A stretch of DNA of 64,000 bases, from the NCBI RefSeq assembly GCF_004010195.1, contig NC_057720.1:15007939-15071938 (forward strand), given 5' to 3'. This document shows, piece after piece, positions 24,491-36,135 of the stretch (positions within the stretch are counted from its first letter, which is position 1; each line of letters starts with the position of its first letter). This DNA is from Chiloscyllium plagiosum. Lineage: Eukaryota. The notes beneath the pieces are model-generated. The model was given only the letters and a program-made list of their open reading frames with translations, ran no database searches and was not told where the DNA came from. Made by a program: the position numbers and the translations under genes.

Positions 24491-25573
24491 AGAATTTAAC
24501 ACCATTGAAGGCTGTTGTGTTGGGCACTGTCTTCAGCACAGGACTGTAGAGTTTAGTTGGGATAGAGTCATTAAGTGTTGTCTGAGACTTGATGGTTATG
24601 CTGTTTAACATGCAAGTAGTTCTGTGCTGTAGTTTCAGCAGTTCGATACATCAGTTTGAGGTACGCCTAGTGCTGTTCCTGACACACTCTCCAGTAATCA
24701 TCTTAATGGAGCAAAGCAAGCATATGGATTATTTTCTCGTGAGATACATTTGAAAGATCAAACTTTGAATAGCCAAACAGTTGGAGTACTGGGTACAGTG
24801 CTGATCATCACTTCATTTAAAGGATGTAGAGGCAGTACAGTAAAGATGAAAATCATAATAGATCTACATGGTTATACCTATTCCAGCTGTACAAGCAGTT
24901 GTAGGATTTTCCCTCTAACAGGATATCCACCTAACATGGCAATGCTTATGTTATCCCTTGTAATAAAAATGCAAAATAGATTATGTGTTTTTAGAGAATC
25001 CACCAGATAATTACAGCTGTTGGCAGTACAGAACTTGAGAGTTAATGAAAAAAGACACATGTTTTTCATTCTGCACTCATCAGGACATATCACAAGAATA
25101 CAGTCTCTATCAATAAGAGCCTACTTGAATAGAAAGCAGTGTTCCCCTTTAATGAAGGGTCAGTAACGAGGAGGCATAATTATAAGGCACAAGGTTTGAT
25201 TTGGATTTGAGAAAAAGAGGGTGTTGGGAATCTGGAATGCATTGCTTGGGAAGGTACCTTTAATAAGTATGTGGGTAAGCATTTGAACATGAAGGCTATG
25301 GGCCAAGTGCTGGGAAATGGGATTAATGTAGGATTGGTTAGAACAGACCCTATGAGTTAGAGGCCCTGTTCTGCCCAATATGACTCCTTGACTCCAAGTA
25401 CTTTTGATCAAAATGAGGTAGCTGGAGGAAGATCCTGTGTAGCTTGCATGGACTGATTGCGCTGAATGGCTTGTTTCTGGACTTTTTTATTCAATGTAAT
25501 TCTATATGCTGACCAAACTTAACCCTCAGTCACTATCACAAAAACAGCAGGGATGTTTTGTTGTCATTTGTCA

Positions 25574-25870
25574 AGGGCGGCACGGTGGCTCAGTGGTTAG
25601 CACTGCTGCCTCACAGCACCAGGGTTCTGGGTTTGATTCCAGCATCAGGCGACTGTCTTGTGTGGAGTTTGCACATTCTCCCTGTGTCTGTGTGGGTTTC
25701 CTTCCACAATCCAAAGATGTGCAGGTCAGGTGAATTGGCCGTGCTAAATTGCCTATAGTGTTAGGTGCATTAGTCAGGGGAAAGGGTCTGGGTGGGTTAC
25801 TCTTTGGAGGGTCAGTGTGGCCTTGTTGGGCCAAATGAATAGCTTGTTTCCACACTGTAGGGAATCTAAT
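25574..25870 (+). mobile_element. HE1-like V-SINE
   Basis: Similarity to 16895-17217. Confidence 0.87.
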
Positions 25871-26432
25871 TTGTGTCTTTGTGAGATCTTCCTTTTTGCA
25901 AATTGTACTTCTTTTTCCTCTCAGACAGCTCTCTGTGTAATTCCCTTCCTCACAGCATAGTGGAGGAGGGCCCATTAAACCTGGTTGAGGCTGGGTTAGA
26001 TTCAGGATTGACAAGGGAGTCCCACAGGTTGTAGCACGTGGCTAGGAGAGTAAAGTTGGGTGTACAATCAGATGAGCAGTCAAATGCCAGAGCAGATCTG
26101 AAGGGCCGAATGGTCAACGGTTACATCTAATTCCTGTGTATGTATGCTACAGTGCTTCAAAAGTAGTTATTTGGCTGGAAGGCACATTGTGATTTTTTTT
26201 TTGTAAACGGAAGTTAATTCTTCATTGCATGCAAATCCATGTTAATGTTTTTAGAGTCTGTGGTGACTGCATGTAACTGAGTGAAAAGCTGAGATCAGCC
26301 TTGAGACTGAGTGACCTCTTTTTGTGCAATAATCGCTGTGATTATATGATTCATTGATAAACTTTCTATTTAAACTTGCTCACAGGTTATACCTTCTAAT
26401 GGTGTGTTTCTCTTTACCTGTCTCTCTCCCAG

Positions 26433-28724
26433 GTCATGCAAGACAAGATCATTTGCCTCCCAAAGCGTATCTCACCCCACAATCTTCACCCTGTTCAAAA
26501 TCAAACCTTGGTCAACATTTCCTCAGGTCAGTTTGTAACACCAGCAATGCTGCCACTATCACGCCCAGCCTCTCACACTTCAATTGAAATGAAAGGACTG
26601 AAAACAAACCTTGATCTTCAGCAGTACAGCTTTATAAACCAAATGTGCTATGAGCGTGCCCTGCATTGGTATGCCAAGTATTTTCCCTATCTCGTCCTGA
26701 TACACACTCTGATCTTCATGCTGTGCAGCAACTTCTGGTTCAAATTCCCTGGCTCCAGCTCGAAGATCGAGCACTTCATCTCGATCCTGGGCAAGTGCTT
26801 TGACTCGCTGTGGACCACCCGCGCCCTGTCCGAGGTGTCCGGCGAAAATCCCGAGGAGAAGGACAGTAAGAGCAGCCAGAAGAGTCACCAGGTCCGAGTG
26901 GCACCGGGGCTGCCCAACACTGAAGGCAACCTGGTGAAAACGCAGTCCTTGCGCTCCATTCCCGAGAAGATAGTGGTGGAGAAGCCAACGGTCAGTGCCC
27001 TAGACAAGAAGGAAGGTGAGCAAGCAAAGGCACTGTTTGAAAAAGTCAAAAAATTCCGACTTCACGTGGAGGAAGGAGACCTTCTGTATTCCATGTATGT
27101 CCGTCAGACCATCATTAAAGTCATTAAGTTCATCTTCATCGTTGCATATAACAGCATCCTGGTCTCTAAAGTCAACTTCACTGTGGATTGCGAGGTCAAC
27201 ATCCAGGAGATGACCGGCTACTGTAAGTTTTCCTGCAATCACACCATGGCCCACCTGTTCTCCAAGTTGTCCATTTGCTATCTGTGTTTTGTCAGTGTCT
27301 ACGGCCTCACCTGCCTATACACACTGTACTGGCTCTTTTACCGATCTCTTAAGGAATATTCCTTTGAGTATGTCCGCCAAGAGACTGGGATCGACGACAT
27401 CCCAGATGTGAAGAATGACTTTGCCTTCATGCTGCACCTGATAGACCAGTACGACCCGCTGTACTCCAAGAGATTTGCGGTCTTCCTGTCCGAGGTCAGT
27501 GAGAACAAACTGAAGCAGCTGAACCTAAACAATGAGTGGACCCCGGATAAACTCCGGCAGCGGCTGCAGACCAATGCTGAGAACCGGCTGGAGTTACAGC
27601 TTTTCATGCTGTCGGGGCTGCCAGACACAGTGTTCGAACTGACTGAGTTGCAGTCTCTCAAGCTGGAGATCATCAACAATGTCACCATCCCAGCCACCAT
27701 TGTGCAGCTGGTGGACCTTCAGGAGCTCTCCCTGTACCAGTGCTCAGTCAAGATCCACAGCGCCGCCCTGGCGTTCCTGAAGGAAAACCTTAAGGTCTTC
27801 CGTGTCAAGTTTGACGACATCCGTGAGCTCCCACACTGGATGTATGGGCTGAAGAGTTTGGAAGAGCTGCACCTTCAAGGCTCTTTGAGCCCTGACCTCT
27901 CCAAGAACATCACCCTGGAGTCCTTGCGGGAACTCAAAAGCCTCAAGGTACTTTGCATTAAAAGCAACTTGACCAAAATCCCACCCACAATCGTTGAAAC
28001 TTCCAGTCACCTTCAAACACTGCGCATTCAAAATGATGGCACCAAACTGGTGATGCTCAACAGCTTGAAGAAAATGGTGAACCTAACTGAGCTGGAGCTC
28101 ATCCACTGTGACCTGGAGCGAATACCCCACGCTGTCTTCAGCCTGATTAATCTTCAGGAGCTGGACTTGAAAGAAAACAATCTGAAATCCGTCGAGGAAA
28201 TCATCAGTTTTCAGCATTGCCGCAAGCTCACCTGCCTCAAGATGTGGCACAACAGCATCATGTACATCCCAGAGCACATCAAGAAGCTCTCGAGCTTGGA
28301 GCGTCTCTACTTCAACCACAACAAGATCGAGGTTCTGCCCTCGCATCTTTTCCTGTGCAACAAGCTGAGGTCCTTGGACCTGGGATACAACGATATCCGG
28401 TTCATTCCGCCAGAGATAGGCGTCCTCCAGAACCTGCAGGAGTTCACCATCACCGGCAATAAGGTGGAGAGCCTGCCCGATGAGCTGTACTTCTGCAAGA
28501 AGCTGAAGGCACTGAGAATTGGCAAGAACAACCTGTCCGTCCTGTCCCCAAAGATCGGCAACTTGGCGCACCTCACGCTGCTGGAGCTGAAGGGGAACCA
28601 TTTTGAGGGGTTGCCTGCAGAGCTGGGCGCGTGCCGGGCACTGAAGCGAAGCGGTCTATTGGTGGAGGACGCCTTGTTTGATGTGTTGCCATCCGACATC
28701 AGGGAACAAATGAAGACGGAGTAG
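26433..28724 (+). CDS. LRRC8C: LRRC8C second coding exon: pannexin-like TM region plus leucine-rich repeat domain; spliced protein 809 aa
   Basis: Polypyrimidine acceptor tctctctcccag|GTC ATG at 26432/26433, then a 762-aa open frame ending TAG. Contains [67 protein letters not shown] and tandem LRRs. The C-terminus [12 protein letters not shown] closely matches recalled mammalian LRRC8C. Confidence 0.97.
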   Translation, partial: VMQDKIICLPKRISPHNLHPVQNQTLVNISSGQFVTPAMLPLSRPASHTSIEMKGLKTNLDLQQYSFINQMCYERALHWYAKYFPYLVLIHTLIFMLCSNFWFKFPGSSSKIEHFISILGKCFDSLWTTRALSEVSGENPEEKDSKSSQKSHQVRVAPGLPNTEGNLVKTQSLRSIPEKIVVEKPTVSALDKKEGEQAKALFEKVKKFRLHVEEGDLLYSMYVRQTIIKVIKFIFIVAYNSILVSKVNFTVDCEVNIQEMTGYCKFSCNHTMAHLFSKLSICYLCFVSVYGLTCLYTLYWLFYRSLKEYSFEYVRQETGIDDIPDVKNDFAFMLHLIDQYDPLYSKRFAVFLSEVSENKLKQLNLNNEWTPDKLRQRLQTNAENRLELQLFMLSGLPDTVFELTELQSLKLEIINNVTIPATIVQLVDLQELSLYQCSVKIHSAALAFLKENLKVFRVKFDDIRELPHWMYGLKSLEELHLQGSLSPDLSKNITLESLRELKSLKVLCIKSNLTKIPPTIVETSSHLQTLRIQNDGTKLVMLNSLKKMVNLTELELIHCDLERIPHAVFSLINLQELDLKENNLKSVEEIISFQHCRKLTCLKMWHNSIMYIPEHIKKLSSLERLYFNHNKIEVLPSHLFLCNKLRSLDLGYNDIRFIPPEIGVLQNLQEFTITGNKVESLPDELYFCKKLKALRIGKNNLSVLSPKIGNLAHLTLLELKGNHFEGLPAELGACRALKRSGLLVEDALFDVLPSDIREQMKTE

Positions 28725-29536
28725 AATGTGGGGTCAAAAGGGACAGTCTAAATGTCAGCCATATTGTCACCACTTTTAGAATCACGTGACCCTTGATGGG
28801 TGAGTCTGTCGTGAGCTAGTTGTGGTCTTTTGTTTTGCTTATTTTCCTTTTAAGTTGTATAACTTGAGAGAGAGAGAGAGTCACTGCCAACATTTTTACA
28901 TTAATCTTGTATTTTATAATCCATCATGTTCCTTTTAGCTGCGCTGTGTGAAACATCTGTTGGAATCGGTGAAGATTGAATAATTTGCGGCTCACCTCTG
29001 TTGTCATTAACAAATTTTAAGCGATGGATTTTAGTGCATTATAAAACTTCTGGCTTCATGCCAGAGAAACCTGACCAGAGCAGACCATTGCCTTCCCACA
29101 CTGAAAGGAAGTTATCAGTGTGGATATGACTGACAGAAATATCTGTCTGTGAACTTGTGACCAGCCTTTTTTTTTAAGAAGAAGAGATATTTAATATATA
29201 AAATCAGAAGTCTGTGGTGAGACGAGACGGCGATTTCTCCCAAATTTATTTATTTAATGAAAAGAAGTGAAATGTGCCTTTTATAGGGTGTTAATGCCCA
29301 AAACTGCTGTGCAGGCTAGTGTATCATGCCACTAAAACACTGAAAAGATATCAGCCAACTGATTCAAATATTCATTGCTTATCAGTTTTTCACTGCAATG
29401 TACTAGCAGGGAAAATAGGATTTTGCACTAAAAACAAAGGGGTTGTCATTATGGTTCAGTTGTAACCCAATGTGAGCTCGTACTTGCTGACGGGACACTG
29501 GAGGGTTACAGGCTGCGTGGGGACTAGATGCCACTT

Positions 29537-29668
29537 AGGCAAAGGTGAGGACTGCAGATGCTGGAAACCAGAGTTTAGATCAGAGTGGTGCTGGAAAAGC
29601 ACAGCAGGTCAGGCAGGATCCGAGGAGCAGGGAAATCGACGTTTCGGGCAACAGCCCTTCATCAGGAA
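29537..29668 (-). mobile_element. PLE family A single pLTR with HHR core, 0.8 kb past the LRRC8C stop codon
   Basis: 14-bp TSD actaga[t/a]gccactt at 29523-29536 and 29669-29682. Minus strand ttc CTGATGA a gggc tgtt gccc GAA ACGT C gattt. Confidence 0.8.
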
Positions 29669-31057
29669 ACTAGAAGCCACTTGTTAAATGGAGGCTGCAG
29701 AGGAATTAATGCTAAACATAGGAGCTGGAAACTGAGGTACGCTGATGCAAAATCTTGTCAGATTGATCTGCATCTGTATAGTGTATGGGGCAATGGATGA
29801 CTATAACCGTGTTATAGCATCTCAGTATAGTGGCTATGAGACTGCAGAGCACAAGAGACCAAACTGCTGCGGAGAAGTGTTGGTAAATAAGAAATGTTCA
29901 ATACATTACATAGAAAATTTCTTTTTAACAATTATATGTAGGCTGGCAGAGCATGATAGGATCAGTATGATGTAGTCAAATACGTAATTAGGAGGATTTA
30001 TGACAGGAGTTCAAAGTATATGGCCTCACCCTGGTCAAAGTTATTTTTTTATGCAAAATATCTTAAAAAGCACTAAACATCCCCATGTACCTAGATCGAT
30101 ATATGCATATAAGATGTACAATATAATTAATTATCTTATTTGTGGGAGAGGGCCATTTGGAATGTAACTATCAAAATGTGAGCCTGCCAATCTGAGATTA
30201 CTCAAACTAAATCATAAAGAAAATCATAAAACTAAATCATAAATTGCAAACCAGGATGTTAGTGTAGAATGTGTGACAGTCAGTCTTTACACTGAATTAA
30301 CTAAGGATTAACTCTGGTTTCCAAACCAAGTGTATCAACAACAACCTACATTTGCACGCACTTTCTATCCACAAAGCCTGCCTTCCTGTCGTCAGTATTT
30401 TGCATCACATCTCTATCATAATTTTCCCGTAAAATATTTGTATTCCCACATTCCTAGTAGAAAGCTAAAGCACCTTTTAATGTTTTCTAAATATTTATAA
30501 TGACTGCAGGCTGCCCAAAAGACACTTTTCTTCAAAGCAAAGGCACCTTCATGTCCAACCCAAAGTAGAACTTAGCCACTGGTTCAACTGCAGAGAGTAC
30601 ACACAAACACTGCTGATGGGTTTGACCATTGGGTCAGAGAGCTAAGCTAATGCCAACTTATTATGCAGCTCCTGCGTCAATGTGAAATGAAAATCACTTA
30701 ACAGGAATATTATGGCATTAAAGGATAATTGAGTTTTGTTGTCTTAATTGTCAAGGGGAAATTTTAAAGCTTCCTTCCTCAACATTTACACATTAGTCAT
30801 ATCATAAAGTCATTATTCAGGAGTTAAATGTTGAAAGGGTGATGTGGCAGTTGATTTTGATGAAAGGACCAATGGATCTTTTTCTGGTCCACGCTTTAGA
30901 CAAACAACATTCCAAACTTTATACAACGGGAGATTGTACACAGAGTTTAATGCTTGACTGTTTTGTTCAAAGTTAATTTACCACAAATAGAATTACTTTT
31001 GTATCTAAATGAAAACAAATGAAAGAAAAGTGCAAAGAAAAACGTTCAAAGCTACTT

Positions 31058-31340
31058 ATAGAAACATAGACAATAGGAGCAGGAGTAGGCCATTCAGCCC
31101 TTCGAGTCTGCTCCATCATTCAATATGATCATGGCTCATCATCTAACTCAGACCCCTGTTATTGCTTTCTCCCCATATCATTGATCTCTTCAGCCTTACG
31201 ATCTAACTCCTTCTTGAAAACTTCAGTGTTTTGGCCTCAAACACTTTCTGTGTCAGAGGTTTCTGTAGATTCACTGCTCTCTGGGTGAAGACATTTTCCT
31301 CATTTCAGTCCTCGATGCCCTCCTAACTGTATCCTCAGAC
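31058..31340 (-). mobile_element. CR1 3' end
   Basis: catagacaataggagcaggagtaggccattcagccc tail, shared with about 2430 and 35390. Confidence 0.7.
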
Positions 31341-32544
31341 AGTGACTGCTGGCTCTGGGTTAAAAGTGCACAGCTAAAAGTAGAGGGCTTTCATTTTACA
31401 CTTTGCTTCACAATCCCTGGAATTAAAAACAAATATAATCCTTCATCTTTTATGCTTGAAATCTTAGAAGCAGGAAGCCACAACTTGTACAATCTTGCTC
31501 AGAAGCTGTGTGCAACAGGATTAGCCAAGGCAGGAGAAGAATCTCGTGTTTAGGTCTGTTTTTCCAACAATGCCAAGAATTTACCTGGTCTTTAACACAC
31601 AAATCTTATTATCTGCCCTGTTCTTCAGTTTTAGACTCCTCACTGCACCTTGTGCCAAGTAACCATCATTCAGTTTAAGCTGATAGCCGCTGGCCAATCT
31701 GTACAGATGTCACTCCATCATCAGTTACTAGTTATTGTATGAGATCATCGTACTTTCACTTGTCTTTTGAATATTCTCTGTCCTTGTGGAGGCATATATT
31801 CTTCTGTTTCGCATGTCAACTCTCTGACAACCTAGTTGAGAAAGAAAGAAAGTCTTGCATTTGATGTCATCCAAAGCTCTGTTTATGTGTCCATATTCAC
31901 ACCAAATCCAGTTCATTTTGTTAGGTTGGCTCCCAGTTAATGAACGCCTTTAGTTTAAAATTCCCATGTTTGTTTTCAACTCCCTCCATGCCCACCTCTC
32001 TCCTTCATGTCTGGAATTTCTTCCAGCTCTACAACTCCCTGTCAGACTTGTACTTTTCCAATTTCTAGTTTTACTTGCTTTACTACTAATGGCTATGCCT
32101 TTAGCTGGCTCAATTCTAACTTTTGGAATTTACCTTCTCAACCTCTTCCCTCATTCTATCTCCCATTTCTCCTTTTAAATATTTAGTCAAAGGGTACCTC
32201 TTGGACCAAGCACTTGTCCAACTGCCCTAATGCTACCTTATGTGGCTAGGTCTCAAATATTACTTCATTGTCTGATTATGTTAAAGGTGATATATTAATG
32301 CAAATTTTCAAGCTTTCAGAAACTCAGAACAAGCCAAAGCTCTTTACAGTCAACAGCAGTCCCAAACTAGCAATGTGATAATGAGCAGATGACCAGAAAC
32401 TTGCAGATGTGATGCCTCCCACTTGTGCAGGTGGAGCACTGGCAGATCAGTGTGCTTCAGCATAACACCAACTGGGGTTTCAAGCTGTGGCCAAATTCCA
32501 AAATGTTTCAACTTCCAACCAAAAGAGATGCCCCTTCAAAGTCT

Positions 32545-32640
32545 TGACTTCACCTGACGAAGGAGCAGCGCTCCGAAAACTTGTAATTTCAAATAAACCT
32601 GTTAGATGATTAGCTGGTATCACGTGACTTGTGACTTTAG
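32545..32640 (+). mobile_element. PLE-like pLTR family D with decayed HHR
   Basis: cac CTGACGA a ggagc agc gctcc GAA aact t gta, followed by AATAAA. Same family as 53660-53855. Confidence 0.65.
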
Positions 32641-33282
32641 CTAAGAGAGTACAGCCGATTAAAGTAATTGTTGTGTTGTAAGTATATAAACCATTAATAT
32701 CCTTTTGGGATATTATTCTATGCATTATTGTTATGGAAGTGTTAACTCATGAAATTGAATTTTGTTTCTGTTATGGTAGCGTGTTAGGAGTTCAGAGAGG
32801 TGATTCACATCTTTGTTTTGAAGAAAACCCCATGTTATCTGAAAGGACCAATTGATTTAGCTTTGCTTCCCATCTATGGAAGTTGCATTGTATAATGATT
32901 ATGTGTGATGCAGAAACTATTGAACACTTGGAAGATGGCCATTTGGCCTCACGTGTCTGTGCCAGCTCATTGACTGACCCACTCCATGAATCTCATTCCC
33001 TTGCTTTTTTCTGTAGGAACATCCATTTCCCTTTTGAAGGCTACTCTGGAATCTGCTTCCATCAGTCTAGGGTGCCATGACAACTCGCTGTGTAGGAGAA
33101 AACGGCCTCCTCACCTTCCCCTCTAGTTCTTATACCAGGGTTCTGTTCCTATTGAAACTAATGGAGCAAAGCTAATTCTGATTTTATTTTTGCTTATACT
33201 AAGGATGCTGAAAAATAATAAAAAAACAAAAGGCGTAGTCAGCCCAAAGAGATAATTTTGGGAGAGCCAGTATTCCTTCAGT

Positions 33283-34660
33283 TATACAGTCACACAGCAT
33301 TGAAACAGACCCTTCGGTCCAACCATTCCATGCCGACCATAATCCCAAACTAAACTAGTCCCACGTGCTTGCTCCTGACCCATATCCCTCCAAACCAGTT
33401 TCCTATTCATGTACTTATCCAAACATCCTTTAAACGTTGTAACTGTACCCACATCCACCACTTCCTCAGGGAGTTCATTTCACACAAAACCACCCTCTGT
33501 GTAAAAAAATTGCCCCTCATGTCTTTTTAAAATCTCTCTCCGCTCACCTTAACAATGCGCTCCCTAGTCTTGAAATCTCCCATCCTACGGAAAGATAACA
33601 TCCATGAACTCTCAGTATTTTATAAACTCAGTATTTTATAAACTTCTATCAGATCGCCTCTCAACCTCCTACGCTCCAGTGAGAAAAGTCCCAGCCTATC
33701 CAGCCTTTCTTTATAATTCAAGCCTTCCATACCCAGCAACATCCTGGTAAATCTCTTCTGAACCCTCTCCAGCTTAATAATATCCTTCCTATAACAGGGG
33801 GACTAGAACTGACACAGTATTCCAGAAGAGGCCTCACTAATGTCCTGTACAACCTCAACATGACTTCCCAACTCCTATACTCAAGGACTAAGCAATGAAG
33901 GCAAATGTGCTAAATACCTTTTTAACCACCCTGTCTACATGTGATGCAGATTTCAAAAAATTATGTACCTGAATCTCTAGGTCCCTCTGTTCTACAACAC
34001 TACCCAAGGCCCTACCATTAATTGTATAAGCCCTACCCTTGTTTGTTGTACCAAAATGCAATACCTCACATTTGTCCAAGTTGAACTCCATCTACCATTT
34101 TTCTGCTCATTGACCCATTTGATCAAGGACCCTTTGTAATCTTAGAAAATGTTCTTCACTGTCTACTATTGCCACTAATTTTGGTTTCATCTGCAAAGTT
34201 AATAATCATGCCTTCTATATTCTCATCCAAATCATTTATATAAATAACAATAAAAGAGGACCCAGAACCGACCCTTGAGGAACACCGCTGGTCACAGGCC
34301 TCCAGTCCGAAAAGCAACCCTCCACCGCCGCGCTGTCTGGTCTGTTATTAAGCCAATTATGTATCCAATTGGCAAACTCAACCCTAAATCCCATGTGACC
34401 TAACTTTACTAATTAGTCTACCACGCGGAACCTTTTCGAAGGCTTTACTGAAATCCGAGTAAAAAGCGTCTATCACTCTGACCTCATCAATATTTTTCAT
34501 AAATTACTCAAAAAACTCAATCATGATTTTCCTCGCTGACTACCCCAAAACAATTTTTTGCCTAAATATCCATAGATTCTAACTTTTAAAATCACCTCCA
34601 ACAATTTAGCCACAACCGAAGTCAGATTCGCAGGTCTGTTGATCCCCGGTTTCTCCTTAC
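33283..34660 (-). mobile_element. CR1 RT and 3' fragment
   Basis: Minus strand MEFNLDKCEVLHFG, TSGVPQG and RPANLTSVV. Confidence 0.88.
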
Positions 34661-35081
34661 AAATTTTCTTATACTTATTCCCTTCTTGAGACTTCTTGAG
34701 GGTTTCATTGGCCCAGTTCTGTGGCAAATGTTTGTGGTTGCTCAGCAACAACACGGATGGAGGAAATACTTGTACCTGCCCAAAATATGTGGAATCACAT
34801 TACCTTTAATCTTCCTGATTGTTCTTATCCAGGCAATATTGCACCAGGTTCTGAGATTAATAGCAGGATAATCTATTTTGACGATGTTGATTGAGGAAGA
34901 CCTGATGGTCATGAATCCAGATGAGCTTCTTATACTATGGATGCCAATGACACAGGTTTCTTCACATCAGAAATGAGTTTTGGGATGCAGGCATCAATGG
35001 CAGAGCCTGCACTTATTAGCCGTCCGGATCAGCCATGATCCTACTGAATGGTGGAACAGGCTCAAGGGGCTCAACAGCCTA

Positions 35082-35309
35082 CATGTCATTGTGGCATAAC
35101 GTGTTTTGTCACACAAATTGACTATAAACGCGATTGCTGAATTGTGGATGCTGTTTGCATAACACAAAATTTCTGCTGAATGGATATAGTGCATTTTCCA
35201 TAGCATGAACTTCTACAGCGCAACTTCTGTAGCGGTTTTCCATAGCATGATTTTCTATAGTGCGAGGTTGCAGAGGAACACAACTGTTGCATTAGAGTAG
35301 AACAACCTG
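35082..35309. mobile_element. Probable Tc1/mariner-type MITE
   Basis: TA on both sides. Degenerate TIRs catgtcattgtggcataac / ttagagtagaacaacctg. Internal ttttccatagcatga repeats. Confidence 0.45.
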
Positions 35310-35389
35310 TAATTGCATTCTTAATTCAAATGATCTTCCTAGTTACCCGTGAGAAAGTGGTTCACAGCTGTATTCTGTGGGGTTGCATT

Positions 35390-36135
35390 TAGACCATAAG
35401 ACCATAGGAGCAGAAATTAGGCCTTTCAGTTGATCGAGTCTGCTCCATCGTTCAATCATGGCTGATAGATTTTTCAACCCCATTTTCCCACTTTCTCCCT
35501 GTAACCTTGGATTCACTTGACAATCAAGAACTTATCTATCTCGGTTTTAAATATACTCAGTGACCTCGCCTCTACAGCCGTCAGTGAATTCCACAGAGCC
35601 ACCACTCTCTGGCTGAAGAAGTTTTTCCTTATCTCCATTCTAAAAGGTCTTCCCTTTACGCAGGTGCCCTCGGGTCCTGCCAATGGAAACATCTTCCCAA
35701 CATCCACTCTGTCCAGGCTGTTGAGTATTCTGTGAGTTTCAGTCAGATCCTCCCTCATCCTTCAAAACTCCATCGAGTGTAGTCCCAGTGTCTTCAAATG
35801 TTTTTCATTTGTTAAGCCTTTCATTCCTGGGATCATTCTCATGAACCTCCTCTGGACTCGCCCCAAGGCCAGTACATCTTTCCTGAGATATGGGGCCCAA
35901 AATTGCTCACAATACTTGAAATGTGGTCTGACCAGAGCCTTACAAAGCCTCAGAAATACATCCCTGCCTTTATATTCTAGTCCTTTTGAGATGATTGACA
36001 ACATTTTATTTGCCTTCCTAACTACTGATTCAACCTGCATGTTTACCTTCAGAGAATCCTAGACTAGGATACTCCCAAGTCCCTTTGCACTTCAGATTTT
36101 TGAATTTTCTCCTCATTTAGAAAATAGTCCATTTC
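35390..36135 (-). mobile_element. CR1 3' fragment
   Basis: Minus ORF 35762-36040 reads [20 protein letters not shown]. Confidence 0.85.

Noticed and set aside
26580..28699. Antisense and alternate-frame ORFs over the LRRC8C exon
   Set aside because: Expected shadows of a GC3-rich coding exon; no recognisable protein.
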